Shown one piece after another: positions 1 through 10,581 of a stretch of 64,000 bases of DNA (position 1 is its first letter; the number at the start of each line of letters is the position of its first letter). Origin of the DNA: Planctomycetota bacterium. GTDB lineage: Bacteria > Planctomycetota > Phycisphaerae > Sedimentisphaerales > CAYZTY01. The stretch covers positions 590-64,589 of the forward strand of contig JBDRHL010000221.1 in NCBI GenBank assembly GCA_043816955.1, read 5' to 3'. The position numbers and the translations under genes are program-made. The notes beneath the pieces were generated by a model. That model had not been told where the DNA came from. It did no database searches and was given only the letters and a program-made list of their open reading frames with translations.

Positions 1-1179
1 TCGCCGCCTTCGCCAAGAAAAAAATTGTTTCAATGGGGCTATGGTGATCCGGACACCAGCCATTTTCCTGTTCTTATCGGGGATATGTTAGAGCAACCTT
101 TGGATGGGACGGTGTTCAGAGCCAAACCGCTGGGCGGTACGATGGGCGAGTTCAATTGGGAATCATGGGGCTCTACGATTTACACCCGCGAACAAATGCA
201 ACACGCGGTTGACGAAATGCAGGCGACGGATTTCGGCAGGTTTACGGAGACATTTTTGCGATTGAATGTAACACCGGGCAATGTAGACTGGTTTGATGAT
301 TATAGTGCGATTTTGGCAAATTGCGGCACAGCAGCATGGATTGTGGAACAGGGCGGGGCTCGCGGGATAATGCTGGACACCGAGGCATATGAAGGTCAAC
401 TGTGGGATTATAATACCCGAAAATATACCGCAAAAAGCTTTGAGGAATATTGTACTCAGGTGCGGCTAAGGGGCAGGCAGGTGATCGAGGCTATGCAGGC
501 CGAGAACCCATATATACTAGTTTTTGTGACTGTTTCGTATACATATATATGGAAGATGATGGAGCGTGATGGGACAACACTGCTGACTTGTGACCATGGT
601 CTGCTGCCGTCTTTTATCGATGGATTAATTGAAGGTGCCGGGCCTGGTGTTAGGCTTATAGATGCGTATGAATGGGCATATCTCAACAGGACACTTGCTG
701 AGTTTCAGGAGGAAAGGCAAGTCTTTGAAAGTGACTGTCTGCCGATAGTTCGGGATCCTGCATCATACGCTTCCAAGTTTGAGTTGGCTTTTCCGGTCTG
801 GCTGGATTACGGGAATCGTTGGGGTGATTGGCATTACGATCCTAACGAGTTTTATTTGAATTATTATACGCCAAAGCAGTTCAATCAGACGCTTAAGGCT
901 GCGATGCAAGTGGCTGATGAATATGTCTGGATATATAACGAATGGCTGTTCTGGTGGGATGCGTATGGGTATCGGGATATTCCGCTTGCATATGAACAGG
1001 CTGTCCGTGATGCCTGGACCTGGATCGGTGATTGCTCGACAGTAATTGACAGAGGCGATACATTGACAGGCGATCTGAATAGGGACTGCCATGTAGATTT
1101 TGCAGATCTGATTATAATGCTGAATGAATGGCTGATTTGTAATAATCCCCAGGATGGCAACTGTATTACCAACTGGTAA
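1..1179 (+). CDS. Uncharacterised TIM-barrel-like (PFDG/DxExY) protein with C-terminal dockerin-like tail; 5'-truncated by the window
   Basis: Frame is open from base 1 (SPPSPRKKLFQWG). Motifs PLDG, MLDTEAY, IDAYE and DEYVWIY are shared with three other ORFs here. The C-terminus GDLNRDCHVDFADL..WL.C resembles a planctomycete dockerin/EF-hand repeat. Confidence 0.7.
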   Translation, partial: SPPSPRKKLFQWGYGDPDTSHFPVLIGDMLEQPLDGTVFRAKPLGGTMGEFNWESWGSTIYTREQMQHAVDEMQATDFGRFTETFLRLNVTPGNVDWFDDYSAILANCGTAAWIVEQGGARGIMLDTEAYEGQLWDYNTRKYTAKSFEEYCTQVRLRGRQVIEAMQAENPYILVFVTVSYTYIWKMMERDGTTLLTCDHGLLPSFIDGLIEGAGPGVRLIDAYEWAYLNRTLAEFQEERQVFESDCLPIVRDPASYASKFELAFPVWLDYGNRWGDWHYDPNEFYLNYYTPKQFNQTLKAAMQVADEYVWIYNEWLFWWDAYGYRDIPLAYEQAVRDAWTWIGDCSTVIDRGDTLTGDLNRDCHVDFADLIIMLNEWLICNNPQDGNCITNW

Positions 1180-1394
1180 GTAAAAACACGCGAAGATGTG
1201 TGTTGTGGTGCTGGAAGTTATTTTAGATTGATGTACATCCAGCTTTATTCTAAAGCGTAATTTTGTGGGTGCGCTATTTTATCGAATCGAGCGGAGTTAC
1301 CTGCTCGTTTCAGAAAGTTTATTCAAGGGAAAGGAGTTTGCGCGCTAATTTTATGTTTTTGGCGAAAATGAGTTATTTTAGGAGAAAAACAATA

Positions 1395-2609
1395 ATGAAG
1401 AAATCAGGAAGAAATTTAACCAAAAAGATACTTTTTTGTTTATTGTGTTTGTTTGTGTTTTCCTCGGTTTGTGCGGGGAAAAAGCTGATCAGCTGGAGCA
1501 GGGGATGCCCGGATACGGATTTTATTCGAGATAATATTGAGGATATGGAAAAGGCTCCGTTCGATGGAATCGTTTTTTTTCTAACATCTGATTCGTCCAA
1601 AAAAGGAGCGTCAGATATCAGGCCGGTCCTGAATGTTCCGGAACCGATAGGTGATTTCAGTTGGCATTGTTGGGGTACCAGGATATTTACTAAAGAAGAA
1701 ATGCAAAGAGATGTTGGCAATCTTCGTTCAACGAACTTTAAGAAGTTTACCGATAATTTCCTACGTTTTAATGTTACCCCCGGTGATGTGGACTGGTTTG
1801 ACTCATTTGACGCTATATTGAATAATGCGCGTGTTGCCGGCTGGGTCGCAAAACAAGGCGGCGTGAAAGGGATTATGTTTGATATTGAAACTTATTACAG
1901 TCAAATCTGGGACTATAAGAAGCAGAAATACGCAACTACCAAAACATTCGAAGAGTATTGTACTCAAGTCCACAAGCGAGGTGTAGAAGTAATGGAAGCT
2001 TTTCAGGCAGAATACCCGGATATAACCATTATTTTCACATTTGGGTATTCGTTTCTTTGTACTCGTATGAGCTATCCAGACCCTTATGTCGAAGGGCCTA
2101 ATTCATATTCGATGACCAGTAACAATCCGGATAAATTGCGATTTGTACAATACGGTTTGCTTGCTTCTTTTCTGGATGGGATGACAGCGGCGGCGAACGA
2201 AGATGTGCGACTGGTTGATGGTGGTGAGTTTACATATTTCCACCGAACAGCCGAAGAGTTTATGGATGCCAGGAAGCAGTTTACCGACAGATGCCTGCCT
2301 TTTGTAGCGGATAAAGATAAATACCGCAAGGTATTTAGACAAGCATTCGCAACGTGGATGGATTTTCAGTGGAGACAACCGGGAGGCTGGAAAACAAAGG
2401 ATTTTACCAATAACTATTGGCAGCCGGCAGATTTGCGGAAAGCACTTATCAACGCCCTGGAGTGTACTGATGAGTATGTATGGCTATATGATGAATGGCA
2501 GCGATGGTGGGAATATGGCGGTGGACTGAAAGTGCCACGTGCTTATTTTGGAAATGTCAAGAAGGCTCATGAATCATGTACTGACGCTAATAGTGTGATT
2601 CGTCAATAA
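1395..2609 (+). CDS. Secreted paralog of the same PFDG/DxExY family
   Basis: AGGAG precedes ATG 1395. Signal-peptide-like N-terminus; motifs KKLISW, PFDG, MFDIETY, VDGGE, DEYVWLY. Confidence 0.75.
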   Translation: MKKSGRNLTKKILFCLLCLFVFSSVCAGKKLISWSRGCPDTDFIRDNIEDMEKAPFDGIVFFLTSDSSKKGASDIRPVLNVPEPIGDFSWHCWGTRIFTKEEMQRDVGNLRSTNFKKFTDNFLRFNVTPGDVDWFDSFDAILNNARVAGWVAKQGGVKGIMFDIETYYSQIWDYKKQKYATTKTFEEYCTQVHKRGVEVMEAFQAEYPDITIIFTFGYSFLCTRMSYPDPYVEGPNSYSMTSNNPDKLRFVQYGLLASFLDGMTAAANEDVRLVDGGEFTYFHRTAEEFMDARKQFTDRCLPFVADKDKYRKVFRQAFATWMDFQWRQPGGWKTKDFTNNYWQPADLRKALINALECTDEYVWLYDEWQRWWEYGGGLKVPRAYFGNVKKAHESCTDANSVIRQ

Positions 2610-3137
2610 GCATTGCATGATGTTGCAATTCATCTGTTCCGGTGTATCTGTATATTTGTCAAAAAATGGAAAGGCATAACTTTTCAATTAAGCTGTTTGT
2701 AGAATGAGCGATGAAGTAGGAAGTTGTTTATGTCTTCTGAACAGGTGGCATGAACACCGAAGAAATATAATATTTGGGATCCAAAATGCAAAAATATCTG
2801 CAAAAATCTGATAGTTTCTTTGCTTGTTCCAGCTCGGTCGAAAATAAAGCTTTTACCAGACTGAACATTGACACAAAGCCTGATAATATCTCGTTTATAA
2901 ACTTTCTGCAAGGATACTTTCAATGTTTATCCATCATCCGTTTATTGCAAGTCTTGTTGGGTGGAAGAGCACCGCCACTCGAGAAAAGATTATTTCACAG
3001 CTCGAATAACATCTCGGATCCAGTGTGTTACGAAATAAACCAACGTTCAGGTGCTTTGATACTGAGTACATAACCGAAATCAGGTTATGTGTCAGTTTGA
3101 GGGCCTGCAAAGAAAATATTAACATAGGAGACGGAAA

Positions 3138-6100
3138 ATGAAAACTACATTCAAGATAGCAGTGGTTATTTTTGTTACTATTAGTTGCGCATATGGTGTG
3201 CCGCAAAAAAAGATTGTGAATTGGCACTACGCGTGGCCCGACACAAATGACTTTATAACACCGGCCAACATTGCTGATCTCGATGATGTCAATGATATGC
3301 TGCTGCTTCCTTTGGATGGAACCGTATTCAGGGCTACGCCAAGTGATGGTAATGTGGGGGACTTTACGTGGAATTTATGGGGGACAACAGTTTATGACCA
3401 GAACGACATGCAAAACGCAGTTAACGAGCTTAATGCTGCTAATTTCGGGCGTCTGACGGCAAACTTTCTGCGATTGAACATGGCACCTGGCGATGTCGAC
3501 TGGTTTGATGATTGCAATGTAGGTATTTCGAATTATGGCACCGCTGCATGGCTAGTTAACCAGACTGGAATCGCCGGAATAATGTTTGACTTTGAGATTT
3601 ATGGAGAAGATATTTGGTCTTACAATCAACAGGATTATAAAGACACAAAAACCTTCTCTGAATACGAAGATCAGGTATTCCTTCGAGGCCAGCAGATTAT
3701 GGATGCCATGGAAGCCGAAGAACCTAACATTGTTATATTTTTAACTTTTGGTTACAGCTATGTCTGGCAAATGATGCAGCGGGACGGCACCTCCCTGGAC
3801 GAAATGGAGCTTGGTTTAGTACCTGCATTTCTTGACGGCATGCTGGATGCCGCAGGTTCAGGCGTAAAGTTTATCGACGGCTATGAATGGGCATATGGTA
3901 AGCGGACTTTGCAAGACTATGAAAATGGTTATGAAGTGATGACAACCGATTGTCTTGAAATTGTGGCCGATGCCAATGCGTACGCCGATAAGTTTACATT
4001 TTCGATGGCTTTGATGCTGGATTATAGAGATGTTCAAAGGGGTTGGTATCGTGATCCTGACAAATTTAATGCAAATCATTATACACCGCAGGAGTTTTAT
4101 TGTTCACTTCGCGATACTCTGAGTGTTGCAGACGAATATGTTTGGATTTACACGGAACACTATGTTTGGTGGAATAACCAGTTTTCAGCATGGGGCGGGT
4201 CTGACATTCCGCAGGAATATGTGAATGCTGTTAGATTTGCGTGGGAAGCCAATCCGGATGCTGCCAATATGGATTTTGTTACAGTTGGAGATGTAGCCAA
4301 CTGGGACGATGATCGGAAAGTTTACAACATGAACTGGGGCAAAGTGGACTATGAGTATCAAATCGGCAAACATGAAGTTACGAATACACAATATGCCGAA
4401 TTTCTCAATGCTGTAGCAGCAAACGACGTTCACGGTTTATATAATGTTAATATGGGCGATTCAAATTACCCAATCAGAGGTGGTATCAGTCGAAGTGGTT
4501 CTGCAGGCAGTTATACATACAGTGTTATTGACAGTCGCAAGCGCATGCCTGTAAACTGGGTAACCTGGCGATCAGCAGCACGTTTTGCCAACTGGATGCA
4601 TAACGGTCTGCAAGATGATCCAAATACCACAGAGTACGGTGCTTATGATGCCAGCACCTTTACTGGTACAGGCTGGGGCCATGATGATCAGACAACGCAT
4701 TATGTGAATGCCAAATACTGGATCCCAACACGCAATGAGTGGTACAAAGCTGCATACTTCAAGGGTGGCGCTCCTAACGCAGGCTACTGGTCCTATCCGA
4801 CAGAAAGTAATTCTGCTCCTACATCGGGTCCATATAATACGACAGCCAATAGAGCGAATTATGAAGCTGATAATTACCCTAACGATTTCCCGGATGATAA
4901 TGGCGATGTACTTGAGGTCGGGTTTTATACCTTGTCTCCTGGTACCTATGATACATTTGACATGGGTGGTAACATAGCCGAACATGTCGAAGATTGGGAT
5001 CCGAATTACATTCCATACTATCGCGTTTATTATGGCGGGGCATGGAAATACAATGGAGCCGCTGAGTTAGCTTACGATACGGGATTTCATTTGCTGGTGC
5101 CTGAAGAAGCAAATGGGCTTGTAGGCTTTAGGCTGGCAAGAACCCCCGATACCACTATGAAGTTCTTACCTGTACTTGATGTCAACAACGTGGCCGATAC
5201 TCGGGTGGTTGACGGCAACTACTGGGGTAGAGTAACTTACAAGTACGCGATAGGCCAATATGAAGTTACCAACGCTCAATATGCCGAATTTCTCAATGCC
5301 GTTGCAGCCAGTGATCCGTATGGCTTGTATCACACAAATATGGGTGATGCGAACTATCCATACAGAGGTGGAATTACACAAACCGGGTCGTCCGGAAGCT
5401 ACCAATACAAGGCTATTGGTGGGCGTGAACATATGCCGGTAAACTGGGTAAGCTGGCGATCAGCAGCACGTTTTGCCAACTGGATGCATAATGGTAAGGT
5501 AGATGAGCCCAATACTACCGAATACGGTGCCTATGATGCCAACACCTTTACTGGTACAGGCTGGGGCCATGATGATCAGAAAACGCATTATGTAGGAGCC
5601 AAGTACTGGATCCCAACACGCAATGAGTGGTATAAAGCAGCATACTACGGGGGCGGCAGTCTTAGTGCAAACTACTGGTCTTATCCGACAGAAAGCAATA
5701 CTGCTCCTACAGCCGGACCTAATGACTCCACAGCCAACAGAGCAAATTATGACGCCGATAGCTGCCCTAACGATTTCCCGGATGCGAATGGCGATGTACT
5801 TGAGGTCGGGTTTTATAGCTTGTCTCCTGGTCCCTATGATAATTTCGACATGGGTGGTAACATAGCCGAACATGTCGAAGACTGGGAACCAAATTACGTT
5901 CCATATTATCGCGTTTATTGTGGCGGGGCATGGAAACACCTTAGTTCCGAGGAGTTAGCTTACAATACGGGATATCATCTAATGGTACCTGAAGATGCAA
6001 ATGGGCTTATAGGCTTCAGGCTGGCAAAAGCCCTCGATACCGATATGAAGTTCGTATCTATACTTGATGCCAACAACGCGGCCGATACTCGGGTGGTTGA

Positions 6101-6929
6101 CGGCAACTACTGGGGTGAAGTAAATTACGATTTCGCGATAGGCCAATATGAAGTTACCAACGCTCAATATGCCGAATTTCTCAATGCCGTTGCAGCCAGT
6201 GATCCGCGTGGCTTGTATCACACAAATATGGGTGATTCAAATTATCCATACAGAGGCGGCATTATACGAACCGGATCGTCGGGAAGCTATGAATACAAGA
6301 CTGCTAGCAAGCGTGAACATTTGCCGGTAAACTGGGTAAGCTGGCGATCAGCAGCACGTTTTGCCAACTGGATGCATAATGGTAAGGTAGATGAGCCCAA
6401 TACTACCGAATACGGTGCCTATGATGCCAACACCTTTACTGGTACAGAGTGGAACCATAATGATGTAGCGGCACATGACGCAAACGCCAAGTACTGGATC
6501 CCAACACGCCATGAGTGGTACAAAGCAGCATACTACAAGGGCGGCGATCCTAACGCAGGCTACTGGTCCTATCCGACAGAAAGCGATAGTGCTCCTACGC
6601 CCGGACCTAATGACTCCACAGCCAACAGAGCAAATTATGAAGCTGATAACTGCCCTAACGATTTCCGGGATGGGTATGGCGATGTAGTTGAGGTCGGGTT
6701 TTATAGCTTGTCTCCTGGTCCCTATGATACATTTGAGATAGGTGGTAACATAGCTGAACATGTTGAAGACTGGGAACCGAATTACACTCCATACTATCGC
6801 GTTTATTGTGGCGGGGCATGGAAATATAATGGAGCCGCTGAGTTAGCTTACGATACGGGATTTCATTTGCTGGTGCCTGAAGATGCAAATGGGCTTGTAG
6901 GCTTCAGATTAGCCAAAAAGCTTAACTAG
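3138..6929 (+). CDS. Secreted protein: PFDG/DxExY domain plus three tandem FGE-sulfatase (SUMF1-like) domains
   Basis: AGGAG RBS and signal peptide. N-domain has PLDG/MFDFEIY. Three repeats with EVTNxQYAEFLN, P-VNWV-W, PTRxEWYKAAY, D/E-x-GGNIAE and GFRLA. Confidence 0.85.
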   Translation: MKTTFKIAVVIFVTISCAYGVPQKKIVNWHYAWPDTNDFITPANIADLDDVNDMLLLPLDGTVFRATPSDGNVGDFTWNLWGTTVYDQNDMQNAVNELNAANFGRLTANFLRLNMAPGDVDWFDDCNVGISNYGTAAWLVNQTGIAGIMFDFEIYGEDIWSYNQQDYKDTKTFSEYEDQVFLRGQQIMDAMEAEEPNIVIFLTFGYSYVWQMMQRDGTSLDEMELGLVPAFLDGMLDAAGSGVKFIDGYEWAYGKRTLQDYENGYEVMTTDCLEIVADANAYADKFTFSMALMLDYRDVQRGWYRDPDKFNANHYTPQEFYCSLRDTLSVADEYVWIYTEHYVWWNNQFSAWGGSDIPQEYVNAVRFAWEANPDAANMDFVTVGDVANWDDDRKVYNMNWGKVDYEYQIGKHEVTNTQYAEFLNAVAANDVHGLYNVNMGDSNYPIRGGISRSGSAGSYTYSVIDSRKRMPVNWVTWRSAARFANWMHNGLQDDPNTTEYGAYDASTFTGTGWGHDDQTTHYVNAKYWIPTRNEWYKAAYFKGGAPNAGYWSYPTESNSAPTSGPYNTTANRANYEADNYPNDFPDDNGDVLEVGFYTLSPGTYDTFDMGGNIAEHVEDWDPNYIPYYRVYYGGAWKYNGAAELAYDTGFHLLVPEEANGLVGFRLARTPDTTMKFLPVLDVNNVADTRVVDGNYWGRVTYKYAIGQYEVTNAQYAEFLNAVAASDPYGLYHTNMGDANYPYRGGITQTGSSGSYQYKAIGGREHMPVNWVSWRSAARFANWMHNGKVDEPNTTEYGAYDANTFTGTGWGHDDQKTHYVGAKYWIPTRNEWYKAAYYGGGSLSANYWSYPTESNTAPTAGPNDSTANRANYDADSCPNDFPDANGDVLEVGFYSLSPGPYDNFDMGGNIAEHVEDWEPNYVPYYRVYCGGAWKHLSSEELAYNTGYHLMVPEDANGLIGFRLAKALDTDMKFVSILDANNAADTRVVDGNYWGEVNYDFAIGQYEVTNAQYAEFLNAVAASDPRGLYHTNMGDSNYPYRGGIIRTGSSGSYEYKTASKREHLPVNWVSWRSAARFANWMHNGKVDEPNTTEYGAYDANTFTGTEWNHNDVAAHDANAKYWIPTRHEWYKAAYYKGGDPNAGYWSYPTESDSAPTPGPNDSTANRANYEADNCPNDFRDGYGDVVEVGFYSLSPGPYDTFEIGGNIAEHVEDWEPNYTPYYRVYCGGAWKYNGAAELAYDTGFHLLVPEDANGLVGFRLAKKLN
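4269..6926 (+). repeat. Three tandem intragenic repeats, 888-bp period
   Basis: Equivalent positions at 4383, 5271 and 6159 are 888 bp apart, with long near-identical DNA stretches. Confidence 0.9.
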
Positions 6930-7015
6930 TTTTTGAGACTTAAAGATATATTTTACTTAGCTTGAGTTTTTGTATCGAAAAAGTTTTGAGTGAACGAATG
7001 GACAGTATGTCTTAC

Positions 7016-7052
7016 AGCAGAGGCTCGGTGAGCCGGGCCTCTGCTATTTATA
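7016..7052 (+). terminator. Possible intrinsic terminator hairpin
   Basis: AGCAGAGGCTCGG-tgag-CCGGGCCTCTGCT followed by ATTTATA; the U-tract is weak. Confidence 0.35.
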
Positions 7053-7079
7053 GTCATACGGATTATGAGGAAAGATAGC

Positions 7080-9065
7080 GTGTCAACTAAGGACTTGGAT
7101 ACCGGTATTTCAAACGGTTGGCATATCGCAGCTTCTATAGGAACGGTCCATTGGAGTATGTCTGGTATATGTTTCAATGCTGAACATCTTATCAGCGGAC
7201 TCGTTATCAAAAATAAACGCGTTTATTTACCTGTGATAGGGATTGATCATTCTGAATCCGGATGGCTGATGATGCTGGCTAATAAAGAAGTGCGGTTAAG
7301 CCTTGATTTTGTAATCAGGGATAATTATTGCCTTGAGTGTTCCGCAGAACTTGAAATCAAAGAGCAAGTGCCCTTGGCAATTGAGTCTGTTATTATAGCT
7401 GCTTTGGATTCTTGCTGTCCGCAAAGCCGGATTGATCTCGACAGCCATGTCGGAACATACCGGGTACTAGCTACTACTTTTGATATGTTAGGCGGCTCAA
7501 GACCGTGGGTGAGATCTCAGACAAGAGAACAAGATGGAGATATGCCCGGTGATTATGCAGATATGGTTGGTGCAATCTGGTCGACTGAGAGTCGCAACAC
7601 TCTGATTGTCGGTACTGTGGGGAATTCAGATTTTCCTTTGAGTTTGGAGTGGGTGGATAAGCATACCGAAAAAGAAACTGTAAGTATTGAGCGTCAGATT
7701 AACCTTATTTATCAGCCCGGCGCAAAGGCATCACTTGGATCGATTGTATTTCAGCATGGTAAAGATCTTACTGCTGGTTTGAGTGAATATGCAGAACGTT
7801 ATTTTAAGCCACGAAGACCTAGTTCATTCAGGATTACCGGCTGGAATACCTGGGATTATTACACCGGTCACCCAACCATGGAAGATGTATTGGAAAACAT
7901 GGAAGCAATTCGAGAAAATCCCGGGCTAAGTGAACGAATAAAAATAATCTGTATTGATATGGGGTGGTATAATCGCGTAGGAGACTACAGGGCTAATATC
8001 GATTTCTGCTCTGATCGTAGCAAAGTCGCACAGATTATCAGTGCCAAAGGTTTTGTTCCGGGGATATGGACGATTCCTTTGGGAGTTGGACCTGATACTG
8101 CCATAGCCAAACGTCACACTGACTGGTTGATTTGTGATAGTCAGAATCAGCCTGTAAATGTTATGGCTGAGAATGAGCCTACATATTGCCTCGATGTGAC
8201 AGTCCCTGCGGTTCAGGAGCATCTGCTAAACATATTCAGCAAAATGAGGGAGGAAGGTTTCGGATATTTCAAACTGGACTTTTTGCGATATGCATATAAA
8301 AGGGCTGAGGTTTCACTGCATGATCCCTCCGTCAGTCGACAGCAAATAGTTCGCAAGGCCCTGGAGATAATTCGTCAGGCTGTTGGTGATGAGAGTATAA
8401 TTATGGCTAGTGCAGGGGGTGTGTTTGAAGCGGCACAGGGTATCGTTGATGCTGTTCGCGTAGCAAATGATGTAAAGATTTACTGGAGTAATTTTCAACA
8501 TTGTGCCAGCCAGATAGCCCACCGGTTCTGGTCACATGGTAATCTTTGGATAAATGATCCCGACTTTCTTGTGGTTCGTGGTATTGACACGGCGGATTTG
8601 TCAGAAGAACGGTACATATGCCCATTTTCGAAAGAACATGAACCTTTTGCTTTCATATCAGGTACGCCCGCGACACTTAATGAGGTTCAGGTATGGGCAT
8701 CTGTTCAGATAATCTCAGGCGGCCCTTTGATGTTGTCAGATAGAATTGCCAAGCTTAAAAGAAATGGATTGGAGATAATTGAGAAAATCTTCCAATACCA
8801 TAGTCCTGCATGTTTTGTGCCGCTTGACCTAATGCACCGTTCGGCACCATGTGTTTGGGCCAGAGATGATTCAAAACAAGGGTTTGCTAGCGGCAAGTAC
8901 GATATGATTGCGATATTCAATTGGGAAGAGGAATCCCGGACAATCGATCTGTCGAGATGGAATTTCGCCCGCAAATGGTACAGCATTTGGGATGAAACCC
9001 AGGTAGAAATCGGCAGGCAGATAGAGATTCCCCAACGTAGTGTTATGTTGTTAAAAACAGTTTGA
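7080..9065 (+). CDS. GH36/GH27-like alpha-galactosidase family glycosidase
   Basis: GWNTWDYY, CIDMGW, YFKLDF (nucleophile motif) and WINDPD. GTG start after GAGGA; the ORF track starts at 7065. Confidence 0.8.
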   Translation: MSTKDLDTGISNGWHIAASIGTVHWSMSGICFNAEHLISGLVIKNKRVYLPVIGIDHSESGWLMMLANKEVRLSLDFVIRDNYCLECSAELEIKEQVPLAIESVIIAALDSCCPQSRIDLDSHVGTYRVLATTFDMLGGSRPWVRSQTREQDGDMPGDYADMVGAIWSTESRNTLIVGTVGNSDFPLSLEWVDKHTEKETVSIERQINLIYQPGAKASLGSIVFQHGKDLTAGLSEYAERYFKPRRPSSFRITGWNTWDYYTGHPTMEDVLENMEAIRENPGLSERIKIICIDMGWYNRVGDYRANIDFCSDRSKVAQIISAKGFVPGIWTIPLGVGPDTAIAKRHTDWLICDSQNQPVNVMAENEPTYCLDVTVPAVQEHLLNIFSKMREEGFGYFKLDFLRYAYKRAEVSLHDPSVSRQQIVRKALEIIRQAVGDESIIMASAGGVFEAAQGIVDAVRVANDVKIYWSNFQHCASQIAHRFWSHGNLWINDPDFLVVRGIDTADLSEERYICPFSKEHEPFAFISGTPATLNEVQVWASVQIISGGPLMLSDRIAKLKRNGLEIIEKIFQYHSPACFVPLDLMHRSAPCVWARDDSKQGFASGKYDMIAIFNWEEESRTIDLSRWNFARKWYSIWDETQVEIGRQIEIPQRSVMLLKTV

Positions 9066-9094
9066 TTGGATTTTTATTAAAGAATGATTTAGAT

Positions 9095-10574
9095 CTGCAC
9101 TTTCCAAAAAAATTACGTTAGTTTAGCTCTTTAACAACTGATACTGTAAATAAAAATGGCTCATCCTTCCGATTTGTCTAATAGAACATAAAGACATATT
9201 AGGAAAGGAGAGCCAATGTTCACTAAATGGATTTTCCCAGACAGCTGGCAAATAATGACAATCGCTATCTGCTCTGTACTGCATCAACGCTCGGCATGGC
9301 GAATGAGTATAATCTTCGCTGGTATTGTCTTTGCCAAAGGCAGAAAAACCATAACAAGCTGGTTCCGGGCTGCCGGTATTACCGAACGTTACAAAGCATT
9401 CTACTATTTTATCGGCTCGATTGGACAAAAAACTGAAATAATCGCAACAGTACTGTTTGAAATTATGATAAAGCTCGTTTACAAAAACCAAGACAGAGTC
9501 CTTATGGCTATTGATGACAGCCCTACAAAAAGATACGGCCCCAAAGTTGCCGGGGCAGGCATCCATCGCAACCCCACTGTCGGCCCTGATGGGGCAAAGT
9601 TCATCTATGGCCATATCTGGGTAACGCTGTCGGCTCTGGCCCGTCATAAGCTGTGGGGAACTATCGGATTGCCGCTTTTGGCTAAGATGTATATCCGGGT
9701 TAATGATGTCAAATCTGTTCCGAAAGCTTATAAAATCAGGTTTCAAAACAAGCTTGTCCAGGCAGCAGAACTTGTAAAATGGGCTCAAAAGTGCTGCAAA
9801 CGCATTGGAAAAGAGCTTTGGATTGTTACCGATGGCGGTTTCATCAAGGCCGGATTTCTCAAGCCCGTGATAACAATGGGAGTAACCATTATTACAAGAT
9901 TGCGAAAAGACGCAGCTTTGCATGCGATTGTTAAGCCGGTTAAAAAACGAAAACGCGGCAGACCGAGAAAATACGGCAAACGCATTTACCTTCAGGATGA
10001 AGTAGCCAAAAGACAGGGCTGGTTTTCGATAAATGTAACGCCTTATGGCAAAAAGGAAACCAAAAAGGTCAAGATTTTTAAGGCAACATACAAGCCAGCC
10101 GGCGGAGAGGTGCTGGTTTTGATTGTTCGGGAAGATAAAAACTCGTGGCGGGCGTTTATGTGCACCAACCTTTCGGCCGCCGCCGAGCAGATACTTGAAG
10201 CAGTTGCGGATAGATTTGCCATTGAACAGAACTTTCATGATCTCAAGGAGATTGAAGGAACCGGACAGCAGCAGGTTCGCAACTTCTGGGCTAATGTCGG
10301 TGCGTTTCATTTGAATATGTGGATGCATACGATGGTTGAATTGTGGTCTTGGGAAAAGAGGGCTTCTGTTATATGCGACCGTAGCGACAGCCCCTGGGAC
10401 GACATTGAACGCAGGCCATCTCATGCTGACCGATGTCAGGCGTTGCGTCGAGCGGTTTTGAGTAAAACATTTTTTGAGATTTCTGGTCATAGCCGTAAAA
10501 ACCGAAAAATCTTGCGGCAGTTTTATAAGCTAATGAAACTGGCCGCTTAATAATCTATTTTTTGGAAAGTGCAG
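9095..10574 (+). mobile_element. Intact 1480-bp IS (IS701-like DDE)
   Basis: 17-bp perfect terminal inverted repeats CTGCACTTTCCAAAAAA / TTTTTTGGAAAGTGCAG. 7-bp target duplication TTTAGAT at 9088-9094 and 10575-10581. Confidence 0.9.
9216..10550 (+). CDS. DDE transposase (IS701-like)
   Basis: AIDDS, VTDGGF, RFAIEQNFHDLK and RGRPRKYG; lies between the inverted repeats. Confidence 0.9.
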   Translation: MFTKWIFPDSWQIMTIAICSVLHQRSAWRMSIIFAGIVFAKGRKTITSWFRAAGITERYKAFYYFIGSIGQKTEIIATVLFEIMIKLVYKNQDRVLMAIDDSPTKRYGPKVAGAGIHRNPTVGPDGAKFIYGHIWVTLSALARHKLWGTIGLPLLAKMYIRVNDVKSVPKAYKIRFQNKLVQAAELVKWAQKCCKRIGKELWIVTDGGFIKAGFLKPVITMGVTIITRLRKDAALHAIVKPVKKRKRGRPRKYGKRIYLQDEVAKRQGWFSINVTPYGKKETKKVKIFKATYKPAGGEVLVLIVREDKNSWRAFMCTNLSAAAEQILEAVADRFAIEQNFHDLKEIEGTGQQQVRNFWANVGAFHLNMWMHTMVELWSWEKRASVICDRSDSPWDDIERRPSHADRCQALRRAVLSKTFFEISGHSRKNRKILRQFYKLMKLAA

Positions 10575-10581
10575 TTTAGAT

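Noticed and set aside
4269-6926. Diversity-generating retroelement acting on the FGE/C-lectin repeats
   Set aside because: There is no reverse transcriptase or non-coding template repeat in the window, and the differences between repeats are not confined to adenines.
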